Origin: Candidatus Harrisonbacteria bacterium
GTDB lineage: Bacteria; Patescibacteriota; Minisyncoccia; UBA6257; 1-14-0-10-40-38
Direction of reading: 5' to 3'
DNA length: 64,000 nucleotides
NCBI GenBank assembly: GCA_023245035.1
Contig: JAHFLD010000002.1
Span: 131,517-195,516, forward strand
The translations under genes were made by a program, and so were the position numbers. The notes under the pieces are model-generated. The model did no database searches and was not told where the DNA came from. It saw only the letters and a program-made list of their open reading frames with translations. Of this stretch, positions 19,608 through 29,885 are shown piece after piece. The first letter of the stretch is position 1; the number at the start of each line of letters is the position of its first letter.

Positions 19608-19769
19608 CTCGGACTCTTCTTTGGCGGGGACCGGCTTTGATTTTTTTCCGGCGAAAAATCAAGCCTTTCTCTCGCGCTTCCCAATTCCTGACGGAATACC
19701 AAGCTGCGAAGCGCTCCGAGAGCTCCCGCCTGTTCGGCGGGCAGGCCCCGCACAAAGAAGAGTCCTCGC
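19608..19769. repeat. Family C element
   Basis: Near-identical to 12257-12418. Confidence 0.85.
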
Positions 19770-19849
19770 TGGTTGGCGGTGGGAAAATCAAAACTTATCT
19801 TTTTCCTGCTCTTGTTTAGACCAATCTGCTATAATGGTAAGCGTCTGCT

Positions 19850-20533
19850 ATGATCTCCTTTCATAATATTTGGAAAGTTTACGGCAAGCATGCTCCGGCG
19901 CTGGAGGATGTTAGTCTTAAAATAGAAGACGGGGAGTTTGTTTCGATCGTGGGGCGCTCGGGTGCCGGAAAATCTACGCTTATTAAGATGCTGATTGGCG
20001 AGGAAAAGCCGACTAAGGGGCGAATCGTGGTCGGCGACTATGAGGTTAATAAGCTAAAGCCAAAGGAGTTGCCTAATTTTCGGCGCAATATCGGCATCGT
20101 TTTTCAGGATTTTAAGCTGATCCAGACCAAGAATGTTTATGAGAACATTGCTTTTGCCTTGGAGGTTGAAGGTCGTCCACAGAAGGAGATAAATGACTTG
20201 GTGCCGCGAGTGTTGGAGATGGTGGGGCTGACCGATAAGCGATATAATTTTATCAACGAGCTCTCTGGCGGGGAAAAACAGCGGGTCGCCATTGCTCGGG
20301 CGGTGATTCACCACCCGTCGGTGATGATTGCCGACGAGCCAACCGGCAATTTGGATGACGTTAATACCGCCGAAATTATCCGGCTGATATTAAAGATAAA
20401 CGAACTGGGTACGACGGTAATCTTAGCGACGCACAATCGGGGGGTGGTAGACGGATTACATCGGCGGGTGGTCAGCATTTCGGCCGGTAAGATCGCCAGC
20501 GATGAAAAAAAAGGCAAGTATATAGTCTTCTAA
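19850..20533 (+). CDS. ftsE: Cell division ABC ATPase FtsE
   Basis: Walker A GRSGAGKST, VFQDFKL, LSGGEKQR; upstream of ftsX. Confidence 0.92.
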   Translation: MISFHNIWKVYGKHAPALEDVSLKIEDGEFVSIVGRSGAGKSTLIKMLIGEEKPTKGRIVVGDYEVNKLKPKELPNFRRNIGIVFQDFKLIQTKNVYENIAFALEVEGRPQKEINDLVPRVLEMVGLTDKRYNFINELSGGEKQRVAIARAVIHHPSVMIADEPTGNLDDVNTAEIIRLILKINELGTTVILATHNRGVVDGLHRRVVSISAGKIASDEKKGKYIVF

Positions 20534-20537
20534 CCAA

Positions 20538-21446
20538 ATGTTCACCACACTGTCACGGATTATTAAATATGGCTTGCAGGTTTTCCGGCGAAATGGCTGG
20601 GTTACCGCCAGTACGATTGTGGTGATGGTTTTGGCGTTGATGGTTTTTGAGGGGCTGATTCTTTTTGGAGTACTTACTCAAAAGGCGGTTGTTGAATTGG
20701 AGGATAAGATTGATATTAGCGTTTATTACAAGCAAGGCGCTCCCGAGGACGAAATTTTGAAAATGGCACGGGCGGTGGAAAAACTGCCGGAGGTTAAAAA
20801 GGTGGACTATGTGTCGCGCGAGAAGGCCCTGGAAATTTTTAAGGAGAACCACAAGGGCGACGCAACCATCGGGCAGGCTTTGGAAAATTTGGATGATAAC
20901 CCGCTTTTAGCTTCAATTAATGTTAAGGCTAATAATCCGGAAGAGTATGCCGCTATTGCCGCTTATTTGGGGAACGGGAATTTTCAATCAATTATTCAAA
21001 AAATAACTTACGCGCAGAGCCAGACCGCGATAGATCGGCTAGTGAGGTTGGTTAACACGCTAAAGCGTGCCGGATTTTTTGCCACGGTCTTTTTGGCCGC
21101 CACCGCGGCGCTCGTGACATTCAACACGATTAGACTGGCGATTTATTCCAATCGCGAGGAAATCGGCATTATGCGCTTGGTGGGCGCGTCTAATGTTTTT
21201 ATAAACGGGCCGTATGTTATTCAGGGAATCATGATTGGTCTCGCGGCGGCGATTTTTTCCGTGCTTTTGACCATTCCCATCATCAATGCCAGTTCCGGAT
21301 ATATTAACGTTTTTATTCCCGGAAGTAATTTTGACCAGTATTTCGCGAGCAATGTTCTGGTGCTTCTGCTGTATCAATTATTGTTTGGCTTATTCTTGGG
21401 AGTTGTTTCCAGCACAATCGCGGTGAGGAAGTATTTGAAATTGTAG
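20538..21446 (+). CDS. ftsX: Cell division permease FtsX
   Basis: NTIRLAIY..REEI.IMRLVGA. Confidence 0.92.
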   Translation: MFTTLSRIIKYGLQVFRRNGWVTASTIVVMVLALMVFEGLILFGVLTQKAVVELEDKIDISVYYKQGAPEDEILKMARAVEKLPEVKKVDYVSREKALEIFKENHKGDATIGQALENLDDNPLLASINVKANNPEEYAAIAAYLGNGNFQSIIQKITYAQSQTAIDRLVRLVNTLKRAGFFATVFLAATAALVTFNTIRLAIYSNREEIGIMRLVGASNVFINGPYVIQGIMIGLAAAIFSVLLTIPIINASSGYINVFIPGSNFDQYFASNVLVLLLYQLLFGLFLGVVSSTIAVRKYLKL

Positions 21447-21469
21447 CACAGCGTTTAGCGGTCAGGTGG

Positions 21470-21664
21470 CTCGAACTTTTGTATTTTGGGAACCGCGGTT
21501 CGTTCTTTTCCGGCGAAGGGGCTCGGGCTCTTGGGTTTTGCAAACCGTGGTAGAAAATTTCCCGCGAATTTTCTCCATTTCCTCTCACTCTAACTATTCC
21601 AGCACTAGCTGGAAGCCAAGCTAGTTAGAGTTGCGAGAGCTTTGCAAAACCCAAGAGTCCTCGC
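21470..21664. repeat. Diverged family C element
   Basis: ctcgaacttttg...caagagtcctcgc termini. Confidence 0.65.
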
Positions 21665-21767
21665 TGTTGGAAATAGCGTTTAGGGTTCAGGGTAAATGGT
21701 TTAGGGTGAGTGTAAAATTGAGTGCTGATCTCGACGGGTTTACTTGTATTTTTTGGGTTGAGCATAT

Positions 21768-21801
21768 AAAAAATCCCCACAACTTTTTGGGTCGTGGGGT
21801 T
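21768..21801 (-). terminator. Terminator of array 3
   Basis: ccccac...gtgggg hairpin with A-run on the + strand. Confidence 0.7.
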
Positions 21802-22165
21802 GGTGGAGAAACAGGCTAAGCCAAGTTCTTTTTAAGGAACAGGTTGCTCATAGTCTCACCACCGGGAAGTTGAATGAGTGCGGGGAAACATATCAACATT
21901 AGTTCTCTTAAAAAACACTCCATCGAAAGTCTCTCCGCACTCATGGGTCAGAATCCCGCAAAGACATGTTTTCACTCGCCTTTGCGGGAGGTGGCTAAGA
22001 CACGCGGTCAGAAGTCCATTTAGGACAAGCTTGCTCTAGTCTTCGCCACTTAATTAGGTTGTGAAGGTAGGGCGCGGGAATGAGAAAACAGATGTTTCTA
22101 AGTTTTAATCACTCAATTCATGAGTTGTTTTTAAACAACCGGCAACTAGTCTTCCCATTCCCGCG
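21802..22165 (-). ncRNA. Stem-loop dual-spacer array 3 (4 units plus one spacer-less hairpin), TIGR-like
   Basis: Reads ACA-N10-AGT twice per hairpin on the + strand. Confidence 0.85.
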
Positions 22166-22172
22166 GGAACTA

Positions 22173-22201
22173 AATATAACTTGATAGGTGTTTGCTGTCA
22201 A
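22173..22201 (-). promoter_or_regulatory. Promoter of array 3
   Basis: TTGACA-N17-TATATT on the minus strand. Confidence 0.75.
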
Positions 22202-22213
22202 ATTAATTATTTT

Positions 22214-25200
22214 TTACCGCGAACAGACCGAGTTTAGTTTGGCGCGGGTGCGTCCGCCAACCAAGCCGTAGCCGGTGCTAAAGGGAGTTCCGGAGGAGAC
22301 GATGCCATATCTGGCTTGAAAACTTTTAACCGATATTTCGGTAAATCTACCAAAATAGCCGGTTGGCGTGCCGAGAAACAGACCTTCGTTTTTTAAACAG
22401 GATTGCAGGCTGGTTACCTCGCCGCCGGATATTCCGCGATAGAGAAGAGTGGTAAATGTCGCGGAGGGCGGGGGCGTTGCGTTTTGAGTGACAACGGTGG
22501 AGGCGGTTTCGGAGTAGGACGAGTCGCCACCGGCGTTATAGGCGCGGAGACGATAGTAGACCGTAAAGGGATAGCGATCCGCGAAATACTTGGGAGCGAA
22601 GAGGCGGTACCAGTAATCTCGGCGAGCAAAACTGTCGGCTTGGGTAAAATTCAGACCATCAAAACTTTGTTCAACTTTGAAGCCATCAATATGGGCTCGA
22701 TCGGCGTGTTCCCAGGTAATCCGAACTCGGGCGTCGCTTAGGGTCTCTGCCTTCAGATTAAATGGCCGCGCGGGCGCGACCGGTATCGGCGGTACGGTGT
22801 TTGTATTGGTAACGGCCGAAGCAATATTGGAGTAGTCGCTAACCGAGCCACCGGCGAAGGCGAGAATTCGATAATAGTGCTGGACGTCGGTTATTACGTT
22901 CAGATCATTCCAGGCGATGGAGTTCCCGGGAATAGTATCCGCCAAAACCCAGCCGGAGGTCGGGCCAACGAGACTCCGCTCGATTATAAAACCGCTTTCG
23001 TTGTTGGCGTTGTCCGTCCAGTTAAGAGTGATGCGATGCGGGGCCATCGGCGTGGCGACAAGATTGGAAGGAGTTCCGTAGGCGGTTTGGCTTGGCGGAG
23101 GTGGAGGGGGTTGAATTGGCGGGGTAACCGGTATGAATGGCGGGATTGGGGGCGGAACTATCGGTGGTGTGGGCGGGTTGCCGCCAGGACCACTGCCGCC
23201 GCCGCCACTGGGCGACGACGGAGTGACTGCCGTTGCCTGGTTGGAATAGGAAGAAGTATCGGCGGAGTTATAGGCCACCGCTCGGTAGGTATAGGAGGTT
23301 CCGGGAGTGAGCGGTGAATCGTCAAAAGTATGAATGGTATAAGAGAGATTAACCACTTGAACGAAATTGCCGCCAATCAATCGCTCAACAACAACCCGAG
23401 TCGTGGCTAACTCGGAGGCGCTTAATCCGGCAGAGTCAAACTGCCAGGAGAGACGGAGAGTGTTTGGATTAATCGGAGAGGCGGTAAGCGCGGTCGGGGT
23501 CGCGGGTGGGTTACCTGACTGAATAATTCCGCCGCCGCCACTACCGCTTTGCGGGGTAACGGCGCTAGCGGTGTTGGAGTATGGCGAGTCGCCAACGGCA
23601 TTGGTGGCGCGAACTCGGTAGGTGTAGAGAGTTCCGGCGGTGCGTCCGGAATCAAAATAACTGGTGGAGTTTGCCGGAGATATCGCAATCTCGCTAAAAT
23701 TGCCGGCGCCAACTCGGCGTTCGATTTTAAAGCCAGTTTCATTATTAGAATTATCAGCCCAGGCAATGCTAATCGCGTTGGAATTGACCGCGGTAGCAGT
23801 AAGTCCCGATGGTTGCGCCGGAATAGTTGCCGGCGGCGGAGTCGCCGGAGTGGTTACCGAAGCGATGTTGGAATAGCCGGAATTACCGCCGAGGTTGTAG
23901 GCGAGTAAGCGATAGTCATAACTGGTTGAGGGTAAAACAGAGGTGTCGGCATAAGTTACGGTATCCGGCGGGCGAGTTACCAACTGGCTAAAGGCGCCAC
24001 CGCTTAAGCGGCGTTCAATAATAAATCCCTGTTCGGTCGCGGAGACATCATTCCAAACCAAATTAACCGTGGTTGGGTTTAAGGCGCTGGCCGAAAGTCC
24101 GGTTGGATTTTCCGGCGGAGGCGTTGGGTTGTTGTTGGGCGTAGTGATGGAAACCGGATTGGTATAGGCCGAAACGCCAACGGTGTTGAAGGCCGCAACC
24201 TTGTAGAAGTAGGTGGTGTTTGGCGTGAGACCGGTATCGGTATAACTAGTGGTGTTGGCCGGAGGATTTATTGGAATCTCAACATAAGTGCCGTTTAGCG
24301 TCGGGCTGCGGCGAATAATGAAGCCGTCTTCGTTGGAGGCGTTGTCGGTCCACAAGAGAATTACCGTGGTTGGATTTGAGGCGCTCAATTGCAAGTTAGA
24401 GGGAGCGTTGGGGATTGTTGGCGGACTTTGAGTGGTGGCGCTCGCGTTATTGGAATAACCAGAGTCGCCGGCGTTGTTGGTGGCTCGAACGCGATATTCG
24501 TAAGCGGTGCTCGCGCTAAGCCCGGTGTCGCCGTAAGAGGTCGCGTTGGCGCCAGTTAGAGCTATCTGACTAAAAGTTCCGCCGGAGAGGAGGCGGCGCT
24601 CAACCTTGAAGCCGGTTTCGTCGCTAGAGTTATCGGTCCAGGAAAGATTGATTTGGGTGGTGCTTGGAGAGTTGCCGCTTAGTCCACTCGGGGCATTGGG
24701 CGGGTTTACTGGAGGAGGCGGGGGAGGTGAACCACCGCCATCGTAATAGTGAGCTAAAAAGTTCATTACCGGATAAAGAGTTATCTGAACCTTGCCGCGA
24801 GTTTTGTCTTCGGTTCCGGGATACTGACTACTGCGACAAGTTTGGGCAAAATAACTGGCGGCGCTATTTTTATCCACCGGCACATTCGGATCGTTGTAGC
24901 CCCACTTGGTTCCTTCATCAAAAAGTTGAGTCAGCAGGGACAGATATTGGGTGTCGCCGGTTAATTCCTGATAGTAGGCGAGGGCGGCGGCGAGGTTCAT
25001 GGCGTCAACTTGCGACGGCGTGCCGCTGGTTCCGGTGGAGTTGTGAATATAGATTTGCTCCAGCGGAGAATAACTATTCGCGGGTCCGGTGCCGCCGGTC
25101 AAACCATGTTGAGCCTCAAAGGCCGCCATGCGACCGAATAATTGCAGAAGCGCCGAATTGTTTAAACTGGCGGCGCGATAGGCCAACATGGCGCCCGACA

Positions 25201-27628
25201 TAAGTTGTTCGTGCATGAAGGGCTTGGTTTCGCAAGAGGCTATACCGCCGGTAACGATGGCATTGGGAAAAGTTCCGGGGAGACAGCCATTGTTGATGGA
25301 GTTTTGTTCGCCGGTCAAAAGGGCGTTGAGGTGCGAGGTGATGGCGCCGATATAGAGCGGTTTTTTGGTCAACTTAGCGGCAATAGCAAGTAAGGCTAAC
25401 TTGCCCTGGCCCTCAATTCTTTCTCCGCCATTGTTGATGTAGGTAGCCGGAGTGGAGGCCTGGGCAACGTTGTTGGCGTGAGTAGTTAGAGTTTTGAAAG
25501 CATCAAGATCTCCGGTTAATAAGTAGAAGGCGGAGTCGCTTTCGTACCAAAGATGCGCCTCGGCGTAGAAGTTGCGCCTTTGATAACCGTTTTCATACAT
25601 TCGCCGTTCGGCGGTGGCGGAACCAAAAGTGTGGGAGGTTCCCAAAGTTAGCGCGTCGCGTTCGCGCAGACGGGCAAAATCTAGATAGCGATAATCCGAA
25701 GGATCTCGCAGGAAGTGGCCGAATTCGTGAATGCCATAATGGTTGTTGTCGCTGTCGCCGCTGGCCCAGGTATGCGTTCCGGCATAACGAATTCCCCACG
25801 CAGGGTTGCCGCCAAAGAGCGCGCCGTCAACTTCAAAATAATTGGTACAGCTTCTTAAAATACTGGCGCCGAGACCGGAGGAGACAGCTGATTGGTCAAC
25901 CTGAACTTTGATGAATTGTTCGGCGCGGTTGAAGGCGGTTTGAAGGTTGGCCGGAACATTGGAAGCGGCCGAGCTCCAATTTCGCTTTGGCGGCAAGGGC
26001 ACCGGATAGGAGCCAATGTTGTTCGAGAGATATTCGGTATCGGAGGGGGTGGCGATAATCGGATATTTGAGAGCGAGAATGGTGTTGCTTAACTCGCTCT
26101 GGGTGAGCGGCGAGGCGCTAAAAACCAAATAAATATCGTGCCAGAACTTGTCACCGCCGGCGAGGACGTGATTGGCGGTGGTATTCACGGTGTCGCTTGG
26201 CGTAGCAAGGTTAATGGTTTCCGGATCAACAGATTGAGAGAGTTGCGAACTATTATTCCAATTGGGGTCGCTGGTGCCGCCAAGAACATTGGTGCGGAAG
26301 TAAGGTTCATAGGTATATTCCGCCGAGGTCTGACTATTTCCCGGAAAAAGCGAGATGCCGATTTTATTTTGTCCGGCAAAAAGATCTTTGGGATTAGTTT
26401 CCCAGAAGTAATCCAGACCAACGCCAAGTCCGCCATTGGTTCCGGAAATGCGTCCGGCTCCCAAGGCGCGGGTTTGAGGCGACTGCGCGACAAGCGATCC
26501 GCTTTGATAAGTTTTGGTATAAAAGTTGTCCAATAAATTTCCCGGGGAGCTGTCGGCTGGAGTTTGCACCAGGGCGTTGTGCCAGGATTTTTGCTTGTCG
26601 GCCGGCAGAGCGCGCTGGGTGTAAAAAATATCTTGAGTCGGCGCGACATAGGTTTCGCCGTCAAAGCCAACGGTTTGAGATCCGACAAGAAGCGGATTCA
26701 TAACCATAGAAAGTTCTTTAAAGTAGGCCGGGTTGGGAGTGGCGCCTTGGTTTGGCGGATATGGTTCGCCGCCGGATAAGTTGTTTTCCAAAATAACTCT
26801 TTGGACGACTTCGGCTCGGCCGGCGAAGAAGGTCAGCCGTATGGTCGCGTTGAGCGAATTGGATAATCCGTTGTTGAAGAAGCCGGTGATTTCGGCAATG
26901 GCGCGAAGCGGACCCGATTCAATCAAATTGAATCCCGTGGGCTGAAAGTTGTAAAAAGAGCTTCCGCTTACATCGTCCTTGGCGCGCATTTGGAGGCCGG
27001 TATTTGTTCCGGGCGCGATAATTTGCTGGCCGTTCACGGTTACTTGGTCAAAGATTGAATAGGAGTTGGCGCTAGATGGATTGGTCTTGGCTATTTTAAA
27101 AACTCCGGGGCCGGTGCTCACGGTCAAAAATGAGCCGTCGTTTTGAGTTATGCCGATTGGGGTGGCGCTTGAAGCCGATTGGCTGATACCTGAACCGCAT
27201 TCCACGGTGTAATTGCTGGGAATGGAGGGAATTTGGAAGGTGACCAAAACCCACTCCAAAGGTTTTGAAGAATCATCAAGATCGCCGCGGCGCGAGAGCG
27301 GTTTGAACTGTGCCGGTATTTCTGAACCGCCGTACATCAAGCGGCAATTATTAACATTGGTAACCGTGTTGCTTTGGGGAAGCGGAACACCGGAGGAGGT
27401 GTAAGTTCCGGCCCGGGGCGGAGCGATGGAGTCACCGGCGACATTTTGAGTGGAGTTTTGAAGGGTAAGATTTACCGAAAAAACTGTTCCCGGAGCAACT
27501 TGAGCCAGCTTGCTCGAGCTGGATAGTTTAGCCAATTCTTTGTTGCTTGCCGTAAGCGCAATGTAGGCAGAAATTGCGGCAAAAATAATAAGCAAAAAAA
27601 CTCCCGCAAAGACAAAGGAACGTCGCAT
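22214..27628 (-). CDS. Large secreted/surface protein with multiple fibronectin type III repeats and a C-terminal peptidoglycan-binding domain
   Basis: Signal/TM; repeated P.APS.L...W.DN...E.GF..ER...Y.YRV.A.N..G.S.YSN; G..G.EV..LQ..L...TGYFG..T...V..FQ. Confidence 0.9.
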   Translation of the reverse strand: MRRSFVFAGVFLLIIFAAISAYIALTASNKELAKLSSSSKLAQVAPGTVFSVNLTLQNSTQNVAGDSIAPPRAGTYTSSGVPLPQSNTVTNVNNCRLMYGGSEIPAQFKPLSRRGDLDDSSKPLEWVLVTFQIPSIPSNYTVECGSGISQSASSATPIGITQNDGSFLTVSTGPGVFKIAKTNPSSANSYSIFDQVTVNGQQIIAPGTNTGLQMRAKDDVSGSSFYNFQPTGFNLIESGPLRAIAEITGFFNNGLSNSLNATIRLTFFAGRAEVVQRVILENNLSGGEPYPPNQGATPNPAYFKELSMVMNPLLVGSQTVGFDGETYVAPTQDIFYTQRALPADKQKSWHNALVQTPADSSPGNLLDNFYTKTYQSGSLVAQSPQTRALGAGRISGTNGGLGVGLDYFWETNPKDLFAGQNKIGISLFPGNSQTSAEYTYEPYFRTNVLGGTSDPNWNNSSQLSQSVDPETINLATPSDTVNTTANHVLAGGDKFWHDIYLVFSASPLTQSELSNTILALKYPIIATPSDTEYLSNNIGSYPVPLPPKRNWSSAASNVPANLQTAFNRAEQFIKVQVDQSAVSSGLGASILRSCTNYFEVDGALFGGNPAWGIRYAGTHTWASGDSDNNHYGIHEFGHFLRDPSDYRYLDFARLRERDALTLGTSHTFGSATAERRMYENGYQRRNFYAEAHLWYESDSAFYLLTGDLDAFKTLTTHANNVAQASTPATYINNGGERIEGQGKLALLAIAAKLTKKPLYIGAITSHLNALLTGEQNSINNGCLPGTFPNAIVTGGIASCETKPFMHEQLMSGAMLAYRAASLNNSALLQLFGRMAAFEAQHGLTGGTGPANSYSPLEQIYIHNSTGTSGTPSQVDAMNLAAALAYYQELTGDTQYLSLLTQLFDEGTKWGYNDPNVPVDKNSAASYFAQTCRSSQYPGTEDKTRGKVQITLYPVMNFLAHYYDGGGSPPPPPPVNPPNAPSGLSGNSPSTTQINLSWTDNSSDETGFKVERRLLSGGTFSQIALTGANATSYGDTGLSASTAYEYRVRATNNAGDSGYSNNASATTQSPPTIPNAPSNLQLSASNPTTVILLWTDNASNEDGFIIRRSPTLNGTYVEIPINPPANTTSYTDTGLTPNTTYFYKVAAFNTVGVSAYTNPVSITTPNNNPTPPPENPTGLSASALNPTTVNLVWNDVSATEQGFIIERRLSGGAFSQLVTRPPDTVTYADTSVLPSTSYDYRLLAYNLGGNSGYSNIASVTTPATPPPATIPAQPSGLTATAVNSNAISIAWADNSNNETGFKIERRVGAGNFSEIAISPANSTSYFDSGRTAGTLYTYRVRATNAVGDSPYSNTASAVTPQSGSGGGGIIQSGNPPATPTALTASPINPNTLRLSWQFDSAGLSASELATTRVVVERLIGGNFVQVVNLSYTIHTFDDSPLTPGTSYTYRAVAYNSADTSSYSNQATAVTPSSPSGGGGSGPGGNPPTPPIVPPPIPPFIPVTPPIQPPPPPPSQTAYGTPSNLVATPMAPHRITLNWTDNANNESGFIIERSLVGPTSGWVLADTIPGNSIAWNDLNVITDVQHYYRILAFAGGSVSDYSNIASAVTNTNTVPPIPVAPARPFNLKAETLSDARVRITWEHADRAHIDGFKVEQSFDGLNFTQADSFARRDYWYRLFAPKYFADRYPFTVYYRLRAYNAGGDSSYSETASTVVTQNATPPPSATFTTLLYRGISGGEVTSLQSCLKNEGLFLGTPTGYFGRFTEISVKSFQARYGIVSSGTPFSTGYGLVGGRTRAKLNSVCSR

Positions 27629-27682
27629 GGATTATTTATTTAACTATAACACAACCAAATCTAAGGTTCGGGGAAAACTTTG

Positions 27683-28246
27683 TTAGCTAGATTGTTTTTT
27701 TGTAAAATCCGATTCGCTTAGCATCAAGACGATAATTAAGGCGAAGGCGGTGAGGGCCATAGTTGGAATGGTCACATAACCGAAGTTAAGAAAATATCTC
27801 TGAGCGCAGCTTGTGGCGGTGTCGGCGGAACAGGGCAGGAGCGGAGAGCCGCCAAATTGCAAATAGGTATGATAGACGGCGATCAGGAAACCGGGTATCG
27901 CGAGGGCCATCGCATAGACTCGCGGAGTTTTCTGCTTTAGAAATATGGCGGCGCCAAAAATCACGGCTTGAGGATAAAGAAAAATTCTCTGCCACCAGCA
28001 GAGGGTGCAGGGAATAAATCCAGCGATGTTGGAATAAAAGAGGCTGGCGGCAACACTGCCGAGGGCGACTAAAAAGGATAAGAGCGAGGCCCGCCGACCG
28101 CAAATCTTTTTCAACATCTCAAAAAAGGCGATTTTGTGGCCGAGTCTGGCGAGAACGAAACTCACCGCAAGCAAGATGACTAGAGCGTCCGCGATGACGG
28201 TCAAAAGCGAAAGAATCAGGTTGGTGGTGACTAAATAGGGCGGCAT
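27683..28246 (-). CDS. Disulfide bond formation protein (DsbB/BdbC family)
   Basis: PCTLCWWQRIFLYP, second Cys pair, TM helices. Confidence 0.88.
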   Translation of the reverse strand: MPPYLVTTNLILSLLTVIADALVILLAVSFVLARLGHKIAFFEMLKKICGRRASLLSFLVALGSVAASLFYSNIAGFIPCTLCWWQRIFLYPQAVIFGAAIFLKQKTPRVYAMALAIPGFLIAVYHTYLQFGGSPLLPCSADTATSCAQRYFLNFGYVTIPTMALTAFALIIVLMLSESDFTKKQSS

Positions 28247-28370
28247 TTGGGGGTGAGTATAACTCTGGTTGACTTTTGATACAATATCGGATATATTCTT
28301 GGGGTGGGTATCGGTTTGATACTCGCGCACCTTAATAAGTGAATACTTTTTTTCCAGCAAGGAGTTTCGT

Positions 28371-29714
28371 TTGAAGCCCGTCAATTCGTATGACAAGGAA
28401 AGTCTGTATCGCATTTTTTCTTCGGGCGCTGTTGGGAGTGAAAATTCCCGAGGAATACCCGACAGTCTGGCTTTTACAAAGGAACGACTTGAGGCCGTGT
28501 TGGGCACGAGTTTTGCCATTGGCTTCCGGCGCTTGAAATATCTGGAAAGGGCGGGGTTAATTACCGTCAATAAGGCAGGCATCAATTGCCGGGTAGAGGT
28601 AAATCTGCTTCCTGACGGAAGCACTGCGCTTGGCGATTATATGGCTTCGTTGCCCGGATCTTTGCTGTTGCCTGCGATTAGATCAGAACCGGTTGCGCCG
28701 ACGCCCGTCGCGCCACCCGAGAGGTCAAAGCTTTCGGTAGCCTTGAGTAAGGCGACTGAAACCAAACCTTTTTGGCCGACTGTGCCTGTTGATCTGAAGA
28801 TGCCGCTTGATGAGTCGCCAGCACCACGGAATGGAAACGCTCTTCAACTACCCGAAGGTGATGGCAGTGATTCGGTGATCGCAGTGGTGGACTTTGACAA
28901 TGTCGCCATTGGCGCCCAAAAGGCGGGGTTCAATTTTTCTTGGCGGCGTTTGATGGAATTTATTCGTTCTTTCGGTCGAGTCGTGCTGACGCCGGAGGTG
29001 TATTTGTCGCCTTATGCCGGGCGAAACAATAGTATTTTTGGTTTGTTGTGGGCGGCCGGCTTAAAGCCGATCATCTGCCCATTGCGCGGTAAAGATCGCG
29101 ATGACGTGGATCGCAAGATGATGAACGAAGCACGAACCATGATTGATCTGGCCGGTGTAACAACGCTCATAATTGTGAGCGGAGATGCCGATTTTGCCGA
29201 CTTGGTTCACTACGCGAAGAATCGCCGAATCAAGGTCGTTCAGATCAATGCCGCCGATTATCGGGATAACTTTGAAGGCGTGGACGCTCAACCGCGACTG
29301 CATCTGGCGCGAACTGAAGGCAGTTTGGTTCGAGCTATTGAATTGCTCGGTGAAGTTAGTGATCCGCAGAAGAAGTTTGGCAGTGGTTCACTACCGGCGG
29401 TGGAAGAGAAAGAGGCCATTTTTGTGGCGACGGTGATTAAGTTGCTGGCTGACCGCGAGAACAAGGATAAGCCGGAACCTTACCAATTATCGTTCAATCG
29501 CCTTTGCGAAGCGATGGGAATAAGGTTGAACAATATTCCGGATTATCGCCGCGTGACCGCGGAGAAACTTAGAGCGGCCCTTTCGGAGCTCAAGAATGCC
29601 GGTGTCTTGCGGAGAATCGAGGATCAGCACTTGGCCTTGACGTATTACCGTCTCGACCAAGAGCATCCAGTTACTGTTAGAGCTTTGTTGCAAAAGAGTC
29701 TTGCTAGCGCTTAG
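28371..29714 (+). CDS. NYN (PIN-like) domain protein with helical/wHTH-like flanks
   Basis: VVDFDNV, DVD, IVSGDADF motifs. Confidence 0.8.
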   Translation: MKPVNSYDKESLYRIFSSGAVGSENSRGIPDSLAFTKERLEAVLGTSFAIGFRRLKYLERAGLITVNKAGINCRVEVNLLPDGSTALGDYMASLPGSLLLPAIRSEPVAPTPVAPPERSKLSVALSKATETKPFWPTVPVDLKMPLDESPAPRNGNALQLPEGDGSDSVIAVVDFDNVAIGAQKAGFNFSWRRLMEFIRSFGRVVLTPEVYLSPYAGRNNSIFGLLWAAGLKPIICPLRGKDRDDVDRKMMNEARTMIDLAGVTTLIIVSGDADFADLVHYAKNRRIKVVQINAADYRDNFEGVDAQPRLHLARTEGSLVRAIELLGEVSDPQKKFGSGSLPAVEEKEAIFVATVIKLLADRENKDKPEPYQLSFNRLCEAMGIRLNNIPDYRRVTAEKLRAALSELKNAGVLRRIEDQHLALTYYRLDQEHPVTVRALLQKSLASA

Positions 29715-29773
29715 CAATTTGTGAGCTGGCGCGTCCCGCCGAGTTTAATTACTCGGCGGTTTTTTTATTGATT

Positions 29774-29870
29774 ACGAACCCGCCTTCGCTCGACCTGCCT
29801 GCCGGCAGGCAGGGCTACGGGCGGGCCCGCCCGACTGAAAGTAGTCGTTCGGGCGGGCAAGTATACGAAT
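29774..29870. repeat. Composite nested palindromic repeat (includes cctgcctgccggcaggcagg and family B)
   Basis: Matches 9522-9618. Confidence 0.8.
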
Positions 29871-29885
29871 GGAGTTGCATCGGAG

